From Octopus sinensis (lineage: Eukaryota): a stretch of DNA of 64,000 nucleotides. Positions within the stretch are counted from its first letter, which is position 1. Every line of letters begins with the position of its first letter. The stretch covers positions 20,398,001-20,462,000 of the forward strand of contig NC_043017.1 in assembly GCF_006345805.1 (NCBI RefSeq), written 5' to 3'. Both the position numbers and the translations under genes were made by a program. The notes below the pieces were generated by a model that saw nothing but the letters and a program-made list of their open reading frames with translations, was not told the DNA's origin and did not search any database. Positions 24,822-36,977 of this stretch are shown here, one piece after another.

Positions 24822-26301
24822 AGTATATATATATATATATATATAAATACACACAAACACATATATATACACACATATATACATATACATATATATACAT
24901 GCACCCACTTACACACACACACATATATATACATATGTACATACATATCCACATTTATATCTATCTATCTATCTATCTATATATATATATATATATGATA
25001 GGATCTTTTCACATTCCACTGACCAAATCCACTTACAGGACTCTGATTGAGCCAGGGTCATAATAGAAGACACCTGCCCAAGGTACCTTACACTGAGATG
25101 GAACTAAGTCCTCATTGGATAGAAAGGGAATTTTTAAATATACAGCCATGCTAGATTATTGCACTTTGAAATTCATGTGCCAGTTGTTCTGGTTCTTTAT
25201 GTTGCAAGTTCAAATCCTGCAAAGGTCAACTTTGCCTATTATTATTATTATTATTATTGTTATTTTTACTTCTAATATTACTTTTTTTTCATTATTTTCA
25301 TACGATGGTTAAGAAATCTATAAAAGGAGTAATATTGCTTTGAAATTTTAAGTATTTTTCCTGTAGTTTTTATAGCTAAAATGTCTAAAAAATTAACCAC
25401 CAGTTTAGTAAATTAGCAACTGAAAGAATTTTTTTAGCTTTGTTTTTATTATTATCATTATTAATATAATTTTATTGCAAGTATTAAAGTATAATATATA
25501 TATATGAAATATTAACTGCTGACATTAATTTAATTTATTCTATATTTCCTTTCAGCTAAAACAAAAAAATGTTTTTTCTTCCCTTTTTGTTTTAGACTTT
25601 TTACCTTTTTAACTCGTGGGTATTAACTAATAAAATTATTCTTTTTATCTTATTTATCATTATTATTTTTTATTCTATTTATTTATTATTATTGTTTTGC
25701 GTTTTTTCTTCTTTTTTTTCTGCTGCAGAGAGCATTAATAAAATATATCTTTTACAGTCTTGGAGAAATAAAGAGTTTCGATTAAATTTTTTTGCAGAAC
25801 CACTTCTGAAAAGCTCTCAGATGTTTCCTCATAACTGTTTTTCCTTTAGGCAGAGGCATGGCTGCGTTGTTAAGAAGCTTGCTTCACAACCATATGGTTT
25901 GGGGATTGGTCCTTCCACACTACATCTAGGTAAAGTCTCCTCTACTAAAACCTCTACTTGAACAAAACCTTGTGAGTCGATTTGACAGGCAGAAACTGGA
26001 AGACTGATTGGAATAGTTTAAAAATTACAGTAGATATATAGGAAAAAATAAAGAAAATGAGACAATTATCCATCATCTTCTATTGGTGTCCGTCATTAGA
26101 CTGTGGCCAAGCTGGGGCACCACCTTCAAGAATCATCCCCAGTACTGATTTTTTTTAAAGTATGGTTCTTATTCTATTAGACTTTTCTGCTGAACCACTA
26201 AATAAATGCACCAAGTAGTTGTAGAGGACAAATGCAGACCCAAGGTAATGCACACGCATATATATATATATGTATATATGTAATCTGCAATGGCTCCATA
26301 A

Positions 26302-26533
26302 TTACCTATTTCTTTACTACCCATAAGAGGCTAAACACAGAGAGGGCAAACAAGAATAGACAAACAGATTAAGTCGATTCTATCGACCCCAGTGCGTAAC
26401 TGATACTTATTTAATCAACCCCGAAAGGATGAAAGGCAAAGTCGACCTCGGCGGAATTTGAACTCAGAACGTAACGGCAGACGAAATACCGCTAAGCATT
26501 TCGCCCGGCATGCTAACGTTTCTGCCAGCTTGC
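26302..26533 (-). mobile_element. Family B SINE
   Basis: Reverse-complement match to 27898-28128. Confidence 0.85.
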
Positions 26534-27897
26534 CATAATTACCATCTCGGCTCCATCTTTGGAGCCATAGTAATCTGTGACAGCACATACTTAGTATGCC
26601 TATTCGTTTAGATCACCTCTGAACTAAGCCCCCATACAAGTATGGTAGAATGGACATTAAAAAATGATGGAAAGAAAAGGACAATAACTAAATATACAGG
26701 ATGTGTTTTTTCTTTTTAGTTTTTATCTATCAAATCTGCTCACAAGGTTTTGGTCAGCTGAGAGCTATAGTTGAAGATACTTGCTCAAGGTACCATGCAA
26801 TGGGACTGAACCTAAAATCACAGGTTTGAGAAGCAAACTTCTTAAATTATCCAACCATGCCTTTATCTTCCAATTTTAGAACGCTAGAAAAGATACGATT
26901 CAAGGGACAATTAGCTGTTATTTCTAGCATGTCATAATGAGAGAGATGCCCCTGCCACCACCTCCTAAAAAGTTCCATCATAGATTTTTGAGAATTTTTT
27001 TTGCCTCAACCACAACTGTAAATTGTAAACCACAAGACCAATTTCTTAACATGCGAAAGAAGGAAATTGCTTCCAATATATAAGAATTTTATTGGCAAGT
27101 TATCATTTCCCCCCCCACTTTTTGTGCCATATAATGGCAATTTCAACATGCTCTTTAGAGTAGCCAGAGTAATCTCGACATCTTTCCAAAAGAGCTTAAG
27201 AAAAAGATTTTTTTTTTTTTTCTGTTGCTTGGTTCCAAGACTTTTGGTTTTTGTCAAGCAGCAACATAAAAAAATTTTTAAAAAATTAAGAAAATAAAGT
27301 TAAATAAAAATATAAAAAAAGGAAAATAGAAGTAAAATAACAGAAATTATACACACACATCACACACACACACACATACACAACACACACATAGCGATGT
27401 CCGTTAAAGTTGGTTCTCAATGGGCCAAGGAAGAATTTCTTTATGGATGAAAACTAACAGAAAAAGAGAAAGAAGGAAGAATCGAAGTAAAAAAAAAACA
27501 GATCAATAAACCATGTTGTTCTCACAGCCATTAATCTTTCACATAGAGATAATCTTTTGGATTTCATGTTAAATTGCTATCAAAATACGATAATGCCTCG
27601 AAAGGTAAACATGGAGATTCAGCAATGGATGGATGCTTGTTTAATGAGAGAAAGAGACGGCGTGTAACGAGGGAGAAAGGTATCATTTGTCGTCATTACT
27701 ATCATTTAATGTTTGTCTTCTATGTTGGCATGGATCGGAGGGTTCAACAGGATCTGATTGATGAGCTGAGCAGCAGCATCTGCTTTCACATAATTTCCAA
27801 AGCTGGATTCCTTTCCAAATGCCAACCACTTCACAGAGTGTACTGGGTGCTTTTTTTTTTTGTGTGTGTCACTGGCACAAGTAAGGCTGCTATGTTA

Positions 27898-28128
27898 CGG
27901 CGAGCTGGCAGAACCGTTAGCACACCGGGTGAAATGCGTAGCCGTATTTCGTCTGCCGTTACGTTCTGGGTTCAAATTCCGCCGAGGTCCACTTTCCCTT
28001 TCATCCTTTCGGGGTCGATAAATTAAGTACCAGTTACGCACTGGGTCAATGTAATCGTCTTAATACCTATGTCTGTCCTTGTTTGTCCCTTCTGTGTTTA
28101 GCCCCCTTGTGGGCAGTAAAGAAATAGC
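27898..28128 (+). mobile_element. Family B SINE
   Basis: GGCGAGCTGGCAGAACCGTTAGC...GGGTTCAAATTCCGCCGAGG...AAAGAAATAG. Confidence 0.85.
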
Positions 28129-28756
28129 TATGTTACTTGCAAGATAAAAACAAAACTGCTCCCTTGAGTGAATAGGGGTGAAGCAGGGGAGCAAGTGGAA
28201 TTATGCTTCATGACCCTATTTCATGTGGGTCAAACAATGACATACAGGCTCTCCTCTTTCAATTGAATAATAAATTCATAGCAAGAGTCATTATAATTAT
28301 CATCATCATCATAATTTTAAACATTCAGTTTTCCATATTTTCATGGGACAGATGAAATTCATCAGGGCACAATTTTCTAGAGCCAGAAGCCCTTTTTATC
28401 ACTGATCCTTGTCTTTTTCCAAGCAAGGTAATATTTTCACATGGCCAAACCTGTTTTCACAAAGACCGTAAATGCACGACACTGCATGTATGAGAGTGAT
28501 ACTCATTTACAACAATCATGTGATATCAAGACAAGGGTATACACACACACACACAATGGGTCTTTCTGCCCACTGCATTCATTCGCCAACTTTTGATCAA
28601 CCTAGTGCTATAGTAGAAGACATTTACCCAAGGTACCATACAGTAGGATGGGATTGAACACAAAAACCACAAGGTTGTGAAACAAGTTCCTTAACCACAC
28701 AGCCATGCTTCCACCTGAGATATATATATATTTCCATGTCTATGTGTGTGTATATA

Positions 28757-28788
<32 letters not shown>

Positions 28789-29534
28789 ATCTCTGACGAG
28801 GCCTTGGGATATATATAAGTACCTCATTTTCAACTGCATATTACCTCAATACATTTGACTAATATAGGCAGAATGAGATGCTTTTATCTATGGGCTGAAA
28901 CAGCTGTAAGGAGAATTTTATTTGTATTATTCCGATCGTATTATTAATTTGCATATTGATGCATTTTGTTTTGTTCTATTTTGATGTTCCTATTTATATA
29001 GTTAATAACTAATATGAAATGGTAATATCTGTAAGTTGATGATTGAAATGAATTTGTTCCTCCATTTTCTTATTTGTGTGTATATATATATATATATATA
29101 TATCTACGACTGGCTTCTTTCAGTTTCACTCAATCAAATCCACTCACAAGGCTTTGGTCAGCCCGAGACTATAGCAGAAGACACTCACCCAAGGTGCAAT
29201 GCAATGGAAGTGAACCCAGAACCATGTGGTTGGTAAGCATGCTTCTTACCACACACCCATGCCTGTATCTATATTATGGCATCCATGAATCATAGTCATG
29301 CCCATTGCCAGTGTCATGTAAATGGTATCCATGCCAGTGACACATAAAAGTACCCATGGCACTCCTGGAGTGGTTGGTATTGGGAAGGGTATCTGGCCGT
29401 AGAAACCATGCCAAATCAGACCGGAACCTGGTGCAGCTCTCCAGCTTATCAGCTCCAGTCAAACCATCTAACTTATGCCAGCATGAAGAGCGGGCGTTAA
29501 ATGATGATGATGATGATGATGACAACGATGATGT

Positions 29535-29570
<36 letters not shown>

Positions 29571-30234
29571 TTAACCAGAAAGAAACAAACAAGAAGATGA
29601 ATATATAACTAATAGTGTCTGCTAAATATACATTTTGTATCTATAATGGACACACATGGTATTAAATGACACTGAGAACAGATACAGCATCGGATAGTTC
29701 TCTGGTTGTGGAATATCCGTCGGACATTAAGGAATCTCCTGTATCAGCCGCTATTGTCAGACGCAAACATTTCTGTATGTAATAATGGCTTAATAAAATG
29801 TAAGAGACTCATTCTGGAGATTGGTGCAGAGACAAGGAGAAGGAGGAGGAGGAGGAGGAGAAGGAGGAGGAGGAGGAGGTGGAGAAGAAGAAGAAGAAGA
29901 AGACAAGCAAGACGAAGCATATTGGTTCTTGTTTGAATCATTCAACATCAAAGACTGCAAGAATTAGTTGATAAAAAACTATTTACTTATTTATATCTGT
30001 TTATTTATTATGCCATGTATCTACACGCATACATACATGGATGTATAAAATATATATACATTACATACACATATATATGTGTGTGTGCATAGGTGTCCTG
30101 TAGCCATATATGCATGTATATATACATGTAGATGTAGGTACGTACATATATGTATGTATATATGCATATATTTTATTTATTAATTTGTTATTATACGACA
30201 GAACGCACGCATCCATTTCTAAGTAAGTTTGTTC

Positions 30235-30279
<45 letters not shown>

Positions 30280-30611
30280 GTATATATGCATTTATGAATT
30301 TCTTATTCTGTAACTTTTACGAGACGAAGAATATAAAGAATACCGTTGCTCTAGTTTTAATACCGTCATCTTATTGTGTTTCTTCTTTCCTTCTATATAA
30401 TGGATGATTCCAATTTTGTAAATGACAGGGATGTTTTGGTGATAGTTTACAAAGAAGATGATCTAGCCATTTGCAATTTTTGATATTCAGTGGACATACA
30501 AATAGTTTAGCAGATGACCTTATTCAGAAACTAGACGCATTCACGTAGTTAAACCCACAAAAACTGAGAGATGGACATCGGAGACTCTTTAATCTTTGAT
30601 CTCTGTTCATA

Positions 30612-30840
30612 TTAACCCTTTCGTTACCAACCCGGTTGAAACCGGCTCTGGCTCTTTAGTATAAATGTCTTGTTTTCATAGGTTTTGAATTCAAATCTTC
30701 CACCAAATCTTAGTCACAATTTATGTTCCTAACACTAGTTTAATGATAACTAAGTTATTTTACTAAATTCTTTGTTATATTTAAAATAATTGGGAGAAAC
30801 ACAAAGCATCTCAAAATAAATACAGTAACGAAAGGGTTAA
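30612..30840. mobile_element. piggyBac-type MITE
   Basis: TTAA-CCCTTTCGTTAC ... GTAACGAAAGGG-TTAA, perfect TIR. Confidence 0.9.
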
Positions 30841-31025
30841 GATGTTGTGATAGAAATTTTGCCCCTGTTAAGAGCCAGGCCTGCTCTAACCCTGCAGATC
30901 TATGATAAAAAATGCATTCCCTCAGCAAACATTTTCTTCGTATTTCTTATTTGATGTCACTGAATTTTAACACCGAACCAACTGTTCCAGCAGACCAATA
31001 ATCAAAAAGCATTTGAACAATGAAG

Positions 31026-31448
31026 GGATCTTTTCAGTTTGAACGGCAGTTTTTAACATAATTTCTAGGTAACTAAAAAATTTTAAACTTCATACACTGG
31101 TAGAATGTGTTTATAAAACATTTTTTCTCTTGGCTTCATTGAGAAAATTCTATAGTTTGTAAGATATTTGTTGTTTTTTTTTCAATTTCTGCAATTTCAA
31201 CCAATCCCTGACCTCCATTGAGGTAAAAAAAACATTCTGTGCCGTATGAATATGTCCCTCGTTTAAGAAACAGATTGGGTTTATTTACATTTGTGAAGAA
31301 AAAAAATACCCCCCACCCACCCTAACCCTAACTAATCCTAACCCTAAAACAGATTGAAATGAAATAGATCGATACTAGGGTCATAATTATGGGTGACAAT
31401 TTCATATGACACCGCTAGAAAAAACTGCTGTTCAAACCGAAAAGATCC
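31026..31448. mobile_element. MITE with GGATC termini, perfect 8-bp TSD and internal CCCTAA repeats
   Basis: TIRs GGATCTTTTCAGTTTGAACGGCAGTTTTT and AAAAACTGCTGTTCAAACCGAAAAGATCC. CAATGAAG lies on both sides (31018-31025, 31449-31456). Confidence 0.9.
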
Positions 31449-31939
31449 CAATGAAGATTACATATTTTCAGGTCTTTGATCATGATATACTCCTGACTGG
31501 AACTAACCTGGGGCTAAACAACAAACAACAATAACAATAACAATATTCTTTTCTACTCTAGACACAAGACCCGAAATTTGGCGGGAGTGGGGCCAGTTGA
31601 CTAGATCGACCCTAGAATGCAACTGGTACTCAATTAATTGACTCCGAAAGGATGAAAGGCAGAGTCGACCTCGGGAGAATTTTGACTCAGAACGTAAAGA
31701 CAGACGAAATACCCCTAAGGATTTCCCCCTGCAGGCCAACGTTTCTGCCATCTTGCCACCTTACATCGACAATAACAACAATATTGATAGCAGCAACAAT
31801 CACACACAAAATACAGAACCGCAACAGTTAGTGATGGGTCAGACGTAAATCTAGATATCTCTGCCATGTTGTGAGATGATTCAAGCTGTTACATTACCCC
31901 ACCCTCCCTAATACCCTCTTGCCACCCTGATTATCATTA

Positions 31940-31977
<38 letters not shown>

Positions 31978-32199
31978 GAGTTCCATGTAATATTAGAGCT
32001 GGTGACAGCTGGTTCCCCCTCCCCTACCAAAAAAAAGCAAAAACTTTCTGATATTGGATTAAAACTTCATTTCAAATTCTTTGCAATGAAAGCTCTGCCG
32101 ACTCAGTGTTAGTCAGAGGTTAACTGGTGTGATGAGGGGTAGGCATGGGCGGGTGGGTAAGTGCTGCTTTAAATAGAAGAGGATGGGAAGGAATACGAA

Positions 32200-33500
32200 A
32201 TCAAATTGTGCGTGTGTGGCATGTATGCGTGTGCATGTGCATGAGTTTGTGTGCCTACCTCTGTGTATCTGTGTGTGCATGCGTGTGTGTGTGTGTTTTT
32301 ATGAATTTGTTTCTGTATGTGTGCATGTATGCGTGTGTGTGTGAGTGCATGTTTGTGTGTGTATCTATGAATTTGCTTCTGTATGTGCATGTGTGTGTGT
32401 GTGTGTGCGTGTGCATGTATGTGTGTGCATGTGAGTCTATGTATGTGTATGTGACTGTATGTGTGTGTATGCGTGTGTGTATGCGCTTGTCTGTATGTCT
32501 GCATGTGTGTATGTGTGAGTGCATGTATGTGCATGTGACTGTATGTGTGTATGCATGTGTGTATGTGTGTTTATGCGCTTGCGCGTATGTCTGTGTGTGT
32601 GTGTGTGTATGTGTGTGTGTGTGTGTGTGTGTGTCTGGGTTTGCATGTGTGCGCAGATGAGTTTGGGTTGGGTTGTGTTGGTGTTGGGGGGGGATGCAGT
32701 GCTGTTAGAATTTAACTGGGAAATTCAAGTTCTTTGCCAAAATGATGGATTGGTTCCATGTGAAGAAGGACATCTACAGGAACAGGAATTGAGGAAACAT
32801 TTTTTTGTTTGTTTTTGTGTGTATGCAAAACAATGTGCGTGTATATGCAAGTTTTTGTGTATCAGCCTGAGTATGTCTATATATGCATGTGTGCGTTAGC
32901 ATGTGTGTTTACGTGTATGTATATATATATATATATGAATCAATTTTTCCCTATGTGTTTGTGCAGCTATGTTTATACGTGCGTATATACATTATATTTG
33001 TGTTTGAGTGTGTATTTTTAAATGTATGTTTATCGTGTGTATATTTGCAAATATATTTTCCATGTGTGTTGTATATGCATGTGTTTTTCCATATTTGTAT
33101 GTGTGTTTGTGTGCATTTGATTTCCTATGTGTTTTTGTGTGTATGGTTATATGTATGTACATTTCTGTGTCTACCCATGTATATTTGTGTGTATGAGTGT
33201 GTATATATTTTCCATGCATGTGTTATGTTTGTGTGCGTGTATGTCTTTTTCCATATGTACTCGTATATCTTTACATGTGTATGTATATATTTCTGTGTCT
33301 ATGTTTATGTTAGTGTGTGAGTGTATTGTTTTGCTTGTGTTTGTATATGTGCATGTCTGTACTTGCTTATGATTCCTTATATGTCCGTGCATGCGTATTT
33401 ACTTGCATCCGCTTTTGCATGTGTTTATGTGTATCTGTATTTGCATGCATCTGAATGTCTGCATATATCTGACTTTATACATGTTTACATATGCATGCTT
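32200..33500. repeat. Degenerate (TG)n/(TA)n low-complexity tract
   Basis: Composition. It is the source of the Cys/Val ORFs. Confidence 0.9.
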
Positions 33501-34114
33501 AAATTTTTGCATGCATGTATAAAATTATCATCAGAAGGAGATATAATCCCTTTTGTGTAGCATTTCAGACCCAACACAAAATTACAACAAACCAAAGGAC
33601 AAAAGAAACAATAAAAATGATATAAAAAAAGAATGCAAAAAACATGGATATTTTTACATGTAATTCTATGATAAAATTAAAATGCAGCTTCTAAATAAAA
33701 TTCATCAAGAAAGTCCTAACTGTTGCAATTACATGATACTAATTAGTTAATACAACAACAGCTAACTGCATAATATCACAACACCCTTTCTGTCCAGTAT
33801 TTGACATTGTCTCTCTGCCTATGTCAGAATGACATTTTGCTCTACTTCAGCTATGACAAGGGCGTTGTTTGGTCAAAATATCAAGAAAAAGCAAAAAAAA
33901 AAAAAAGACAAAAAGTGTAAATTTTGCTTCTGTTTCTACTTCTTTCTAACCTGTACAGTTTGTTTTTGAGGAGGGATTATGAGATGTGCCAACACAATTG
34001 TTTCAGAGCCATCTATTTCGTATTTTTGATTGGATTCTGTCTTATTTGACAGCAGGCATTTTAATGTTTCTTTTGCTCTCTCTATTTATATGTGTGAGCC
34101 TCTAGTTATGTTAG

Positions 34115-34408
34115 TCACATGATCACGTGACTGACCAGGCTATCAGATGTTGCTACACATTGCTGGTCACAATGCACTTCGCATTGTTTTAGCCTTCAAT
34201 GACGCCACCCTGCAGGCCAACAGAAGACAGAGTGAGAGAAAGTTGTGGTGAAAGAGAATGGCAGGAATCACCCCCCCCCTGCTGGAGCCTTGTGAAGCTT
34301 TAGGTGTTTTTTCTCAATAAACACTAACAATGCCCGGTCTGGGAATCAAAACCGCGATCCTACGACTGCGAGTCCACTGCCCTAACCACTGGGCCATTGC
34401 ACCTCCAT
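34115..34408 (-). mobile_element. tRNA-derived SINE, head H1 + tail T2, with TSD
   Basis: Head as in 250-443, tail as in 49880-49995. Direct repeat GTTATGTTAG at 34105-34114 and 34409-34418. Confidence 0.85.
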
Positions 34409-34686
34409 GTTATGTTAGTATGTAAATATAATATCACTCTCTCCATGTACGCGTACAAACGTACACACACATACATACATACATATGTATTTCAGGTCAG
34501 AGGTTTTGGTTTTTAGAGATGTATGATGTTGTTCAGATTTTCCTCATATGTTACTTTGTCCACAACTTAATATGAACATGGTGGGATTTGAACTCAGAAT
34601 GTAAAGACGGATGAAATGCCACTAAGCATTTTCCCCGGTGCTCTAATGATTCTGTCAGCTGGCGACCTTAAACAAATACTGTAAAC

Positions 34687-34870
34687 CAGTGGTTCCCAAA
34701 CCATGAGTTGTGACCCACAGATGGGTCATGAACGGAATCTTAGTGGGTCGCAAAAAGTTATAAAATAACGCATTAGCTGTCTATTGAAATACTCAGTAGA
34801 GTTAAGTGGGTCGTCATAAACTGGTGTGATAAAAAGTGGGTCGCGACTCTAAAAAGTTTGGGAACCACTG
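34687..34870. mobile_element. hAT-type MITE
   Basis: TIRs CAGTGGTTCCCAAAC and GTTTGGGAACCACTG. Perfect 8-bp TSD CTGTAAAC. Confidence 0.9.
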
Positions 34871-35081
34871 CTGTAAACCATCTAGCTTACACTTCATAAT
34901 CTGTGCCAATTCCCTGCCTTTGACAGTTAACAATTAACGTTTATTAATTATAGAGGACATCTAGAAAACATCATTTATTACTTCATCGCCTTTTCGGTGA
35001 GAAGAAATGTAAAGACCATAATTGGAAGGGATTTTCTTGCTGGATGGCCATCACTCAGAATGCACTTGGAATAAGTTGTTA

Positions 35082-35470
35082 AATGAGGGAGAAGGTTATT
35101 GGTTACAATGCAAAATCAAACTACCGAATTCTAAGAATCGAATAAATGTCAATCAATAAAATAAGCTAATTATAGGAAATAAAGTAACCAAAGAGAAGAA
35201 TATAAAGACCGTCTTCTTGAACAATAGAATCTCGGTGTCAGAATAAAGTACAAGAGATGGGTGTTGAAAGAAGAATGGTGACTATCAGGCAGACAATAAT
35301 AATAGGGAGTAGAAGGAATGGTGTTGTTATTGGAGACTTCAGGAAATTCTTTGTGAAGAATTGGTAAAGTATTGACAGAGGTATTGAACCTTGAAATACT
35401 CTGGAATTTATTGGAGGTGTTCTTGTGGTGTATAGTTTGGACAGATTGCTTATGCTCTGTGGTTTGAAGT
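35082..35470. repeat. Unclassified repeat, partial second copy at 38021-38310
   Basis: About 290 bp of close direct match. Reading frames are broken. Confidence 0.75.
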
Positions 35471-35588
35471 ATGCGTACATGTGTGTGAGTAGACAAATAT
35501 ATATATGTGTGTGTATATATGCAAAAACACAAAAATATAGATGTACAAATGCAGTCATCAACATACATACATACACACCCACACACAC

Positions 35589-35638
<50 letters not shown>

Positions 35639-36222
35639 CATATATATATATATCTTCTTTTTGTCTTTTACTTGGTGTTTCAGTCATGAGTGTGTGGCCA
35701 TGCTGGGGCACCGCCTTGAAGTACTTTAGCTGAATGAATCACCCACAGTACTGATTTTAAAAAAAAATCAGGTATTTATTCCATCAATCTCTTTTTGCCG
35801 AACCACTAAGTTACAGGACTGTAAACTCACCAACACTGGTTGTCCCACAGTGATGAGGGGCAAACATGAACACACACATGTACACAAACCACACCACACA
35901 CACACACACACACATACATATGATAGGCTTCTTTCAGTTTCTATCTATCAAATCCATTCACAAGGCTTTTGGTCTGACCACTGCCAATTTCTTCAAGATG
36001 AGAAAAGAATAAAAGAATCAGACAGACAAAAAAAGAGATGTGAAAAAGAGATGTGCCAACCTCAGGATAGCACTGGTATTTAATACATGAATCATCAAAG
36101 ATGAAAGGCAAAGATGACCTCAGTTAAAGAGAACAAGACTGATAACTGCAAAGCAATTTACCCAACACTCCAATGATTTTATGAACTGGCCACCTTATAT
36201 ATTATGTGTGTCTGTGACTGTG

Positions 36223-36271
<49 letters not shown>

Positions 36272-36281
36272 TATATAATAT

Positions 36282-36289
<8 letters not shown>

Positions 36290-36313
<24 letters not shown>

Positions 36314-36497
36314 GTTCGATTTGAAAACCCCACTAGAATGGGAGAAAGCGCTAATATATGATCCTAGTTATATGTATAATAACATGTAACATACAAATAA
36401 ATATCTGTATAATATAAAACCATCCGAATTTCTGAGTACCTCATTTCTTCTAATATAAAATACCTGTACATCATCTCCAACCTTCCAATATATATAT

Positions 36498-36530
<33 letters not shown>

Positions 36531-36720
36531 GTTCGATTTGAAAACCCCACTAGAATGGGAGAAAGCGCTAATATATGATCTAAGTTATATGATGATATAT
36601 AAAAACATGTAACATACAAAAAAATATCTGTAAATATAAAACCATCCGAATTTCTGAGTACCTCATTTCTTCTAATATAAAATACCTGTACATCATCTCC
36701 AACCTTCCAATATATATATA
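36290..36720 (+). repeat. Tandem duplication of about 215 bp bounded by (GATA)n/(TA)n
   Basis: AGAGTTCGATTTGAAAACCCCACTAG...CCAACCTTCCAATATATA occurs twice. Confidence 0.9.
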
Positions 36721-36845
36721 TAGATATATATACAACACACACACACACATATGTATATATATGCATGCAAATGCATAGACACATAAGTATACATACTCTC
36801 TTTTTCTCTCTTCTCTCTGTATATATATATAATATATATATATAT

Positions 36846-36977
36846 ATTTATTATATAGAAGGAGCTTCTACAGGACTAGAACTGTTTCATTCAAGAGAAA
36901 TCTTCAGGAAGCTTCCTGAAGATTTCTCTTGAATGAAACAGTTCTAGTCCTGTAGAAGCTCCTTCTATATAATAAAT
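36846..36977. repeat. Perfect 132-bp palindrome with no spacer
   Basis: 66-bp arms centred on AAG|CTT at 36911/36912. Confidence 0.97.
36910..36960 (+). ncRNA. Type I hammerhead motif, core intact; identical motif on the minus strand at 36863-36913
   Basis: AGCUUC-CUGAAGA-U-UUC-UCUU-GAA-U-GAAA-CAG-UUCUAGUC-CUG-UA^-GAAGCU. Stem I 6 bp, stem II 3 bp with a U.U at the core junction, stem III 4 bp. Confidence 0.7.
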
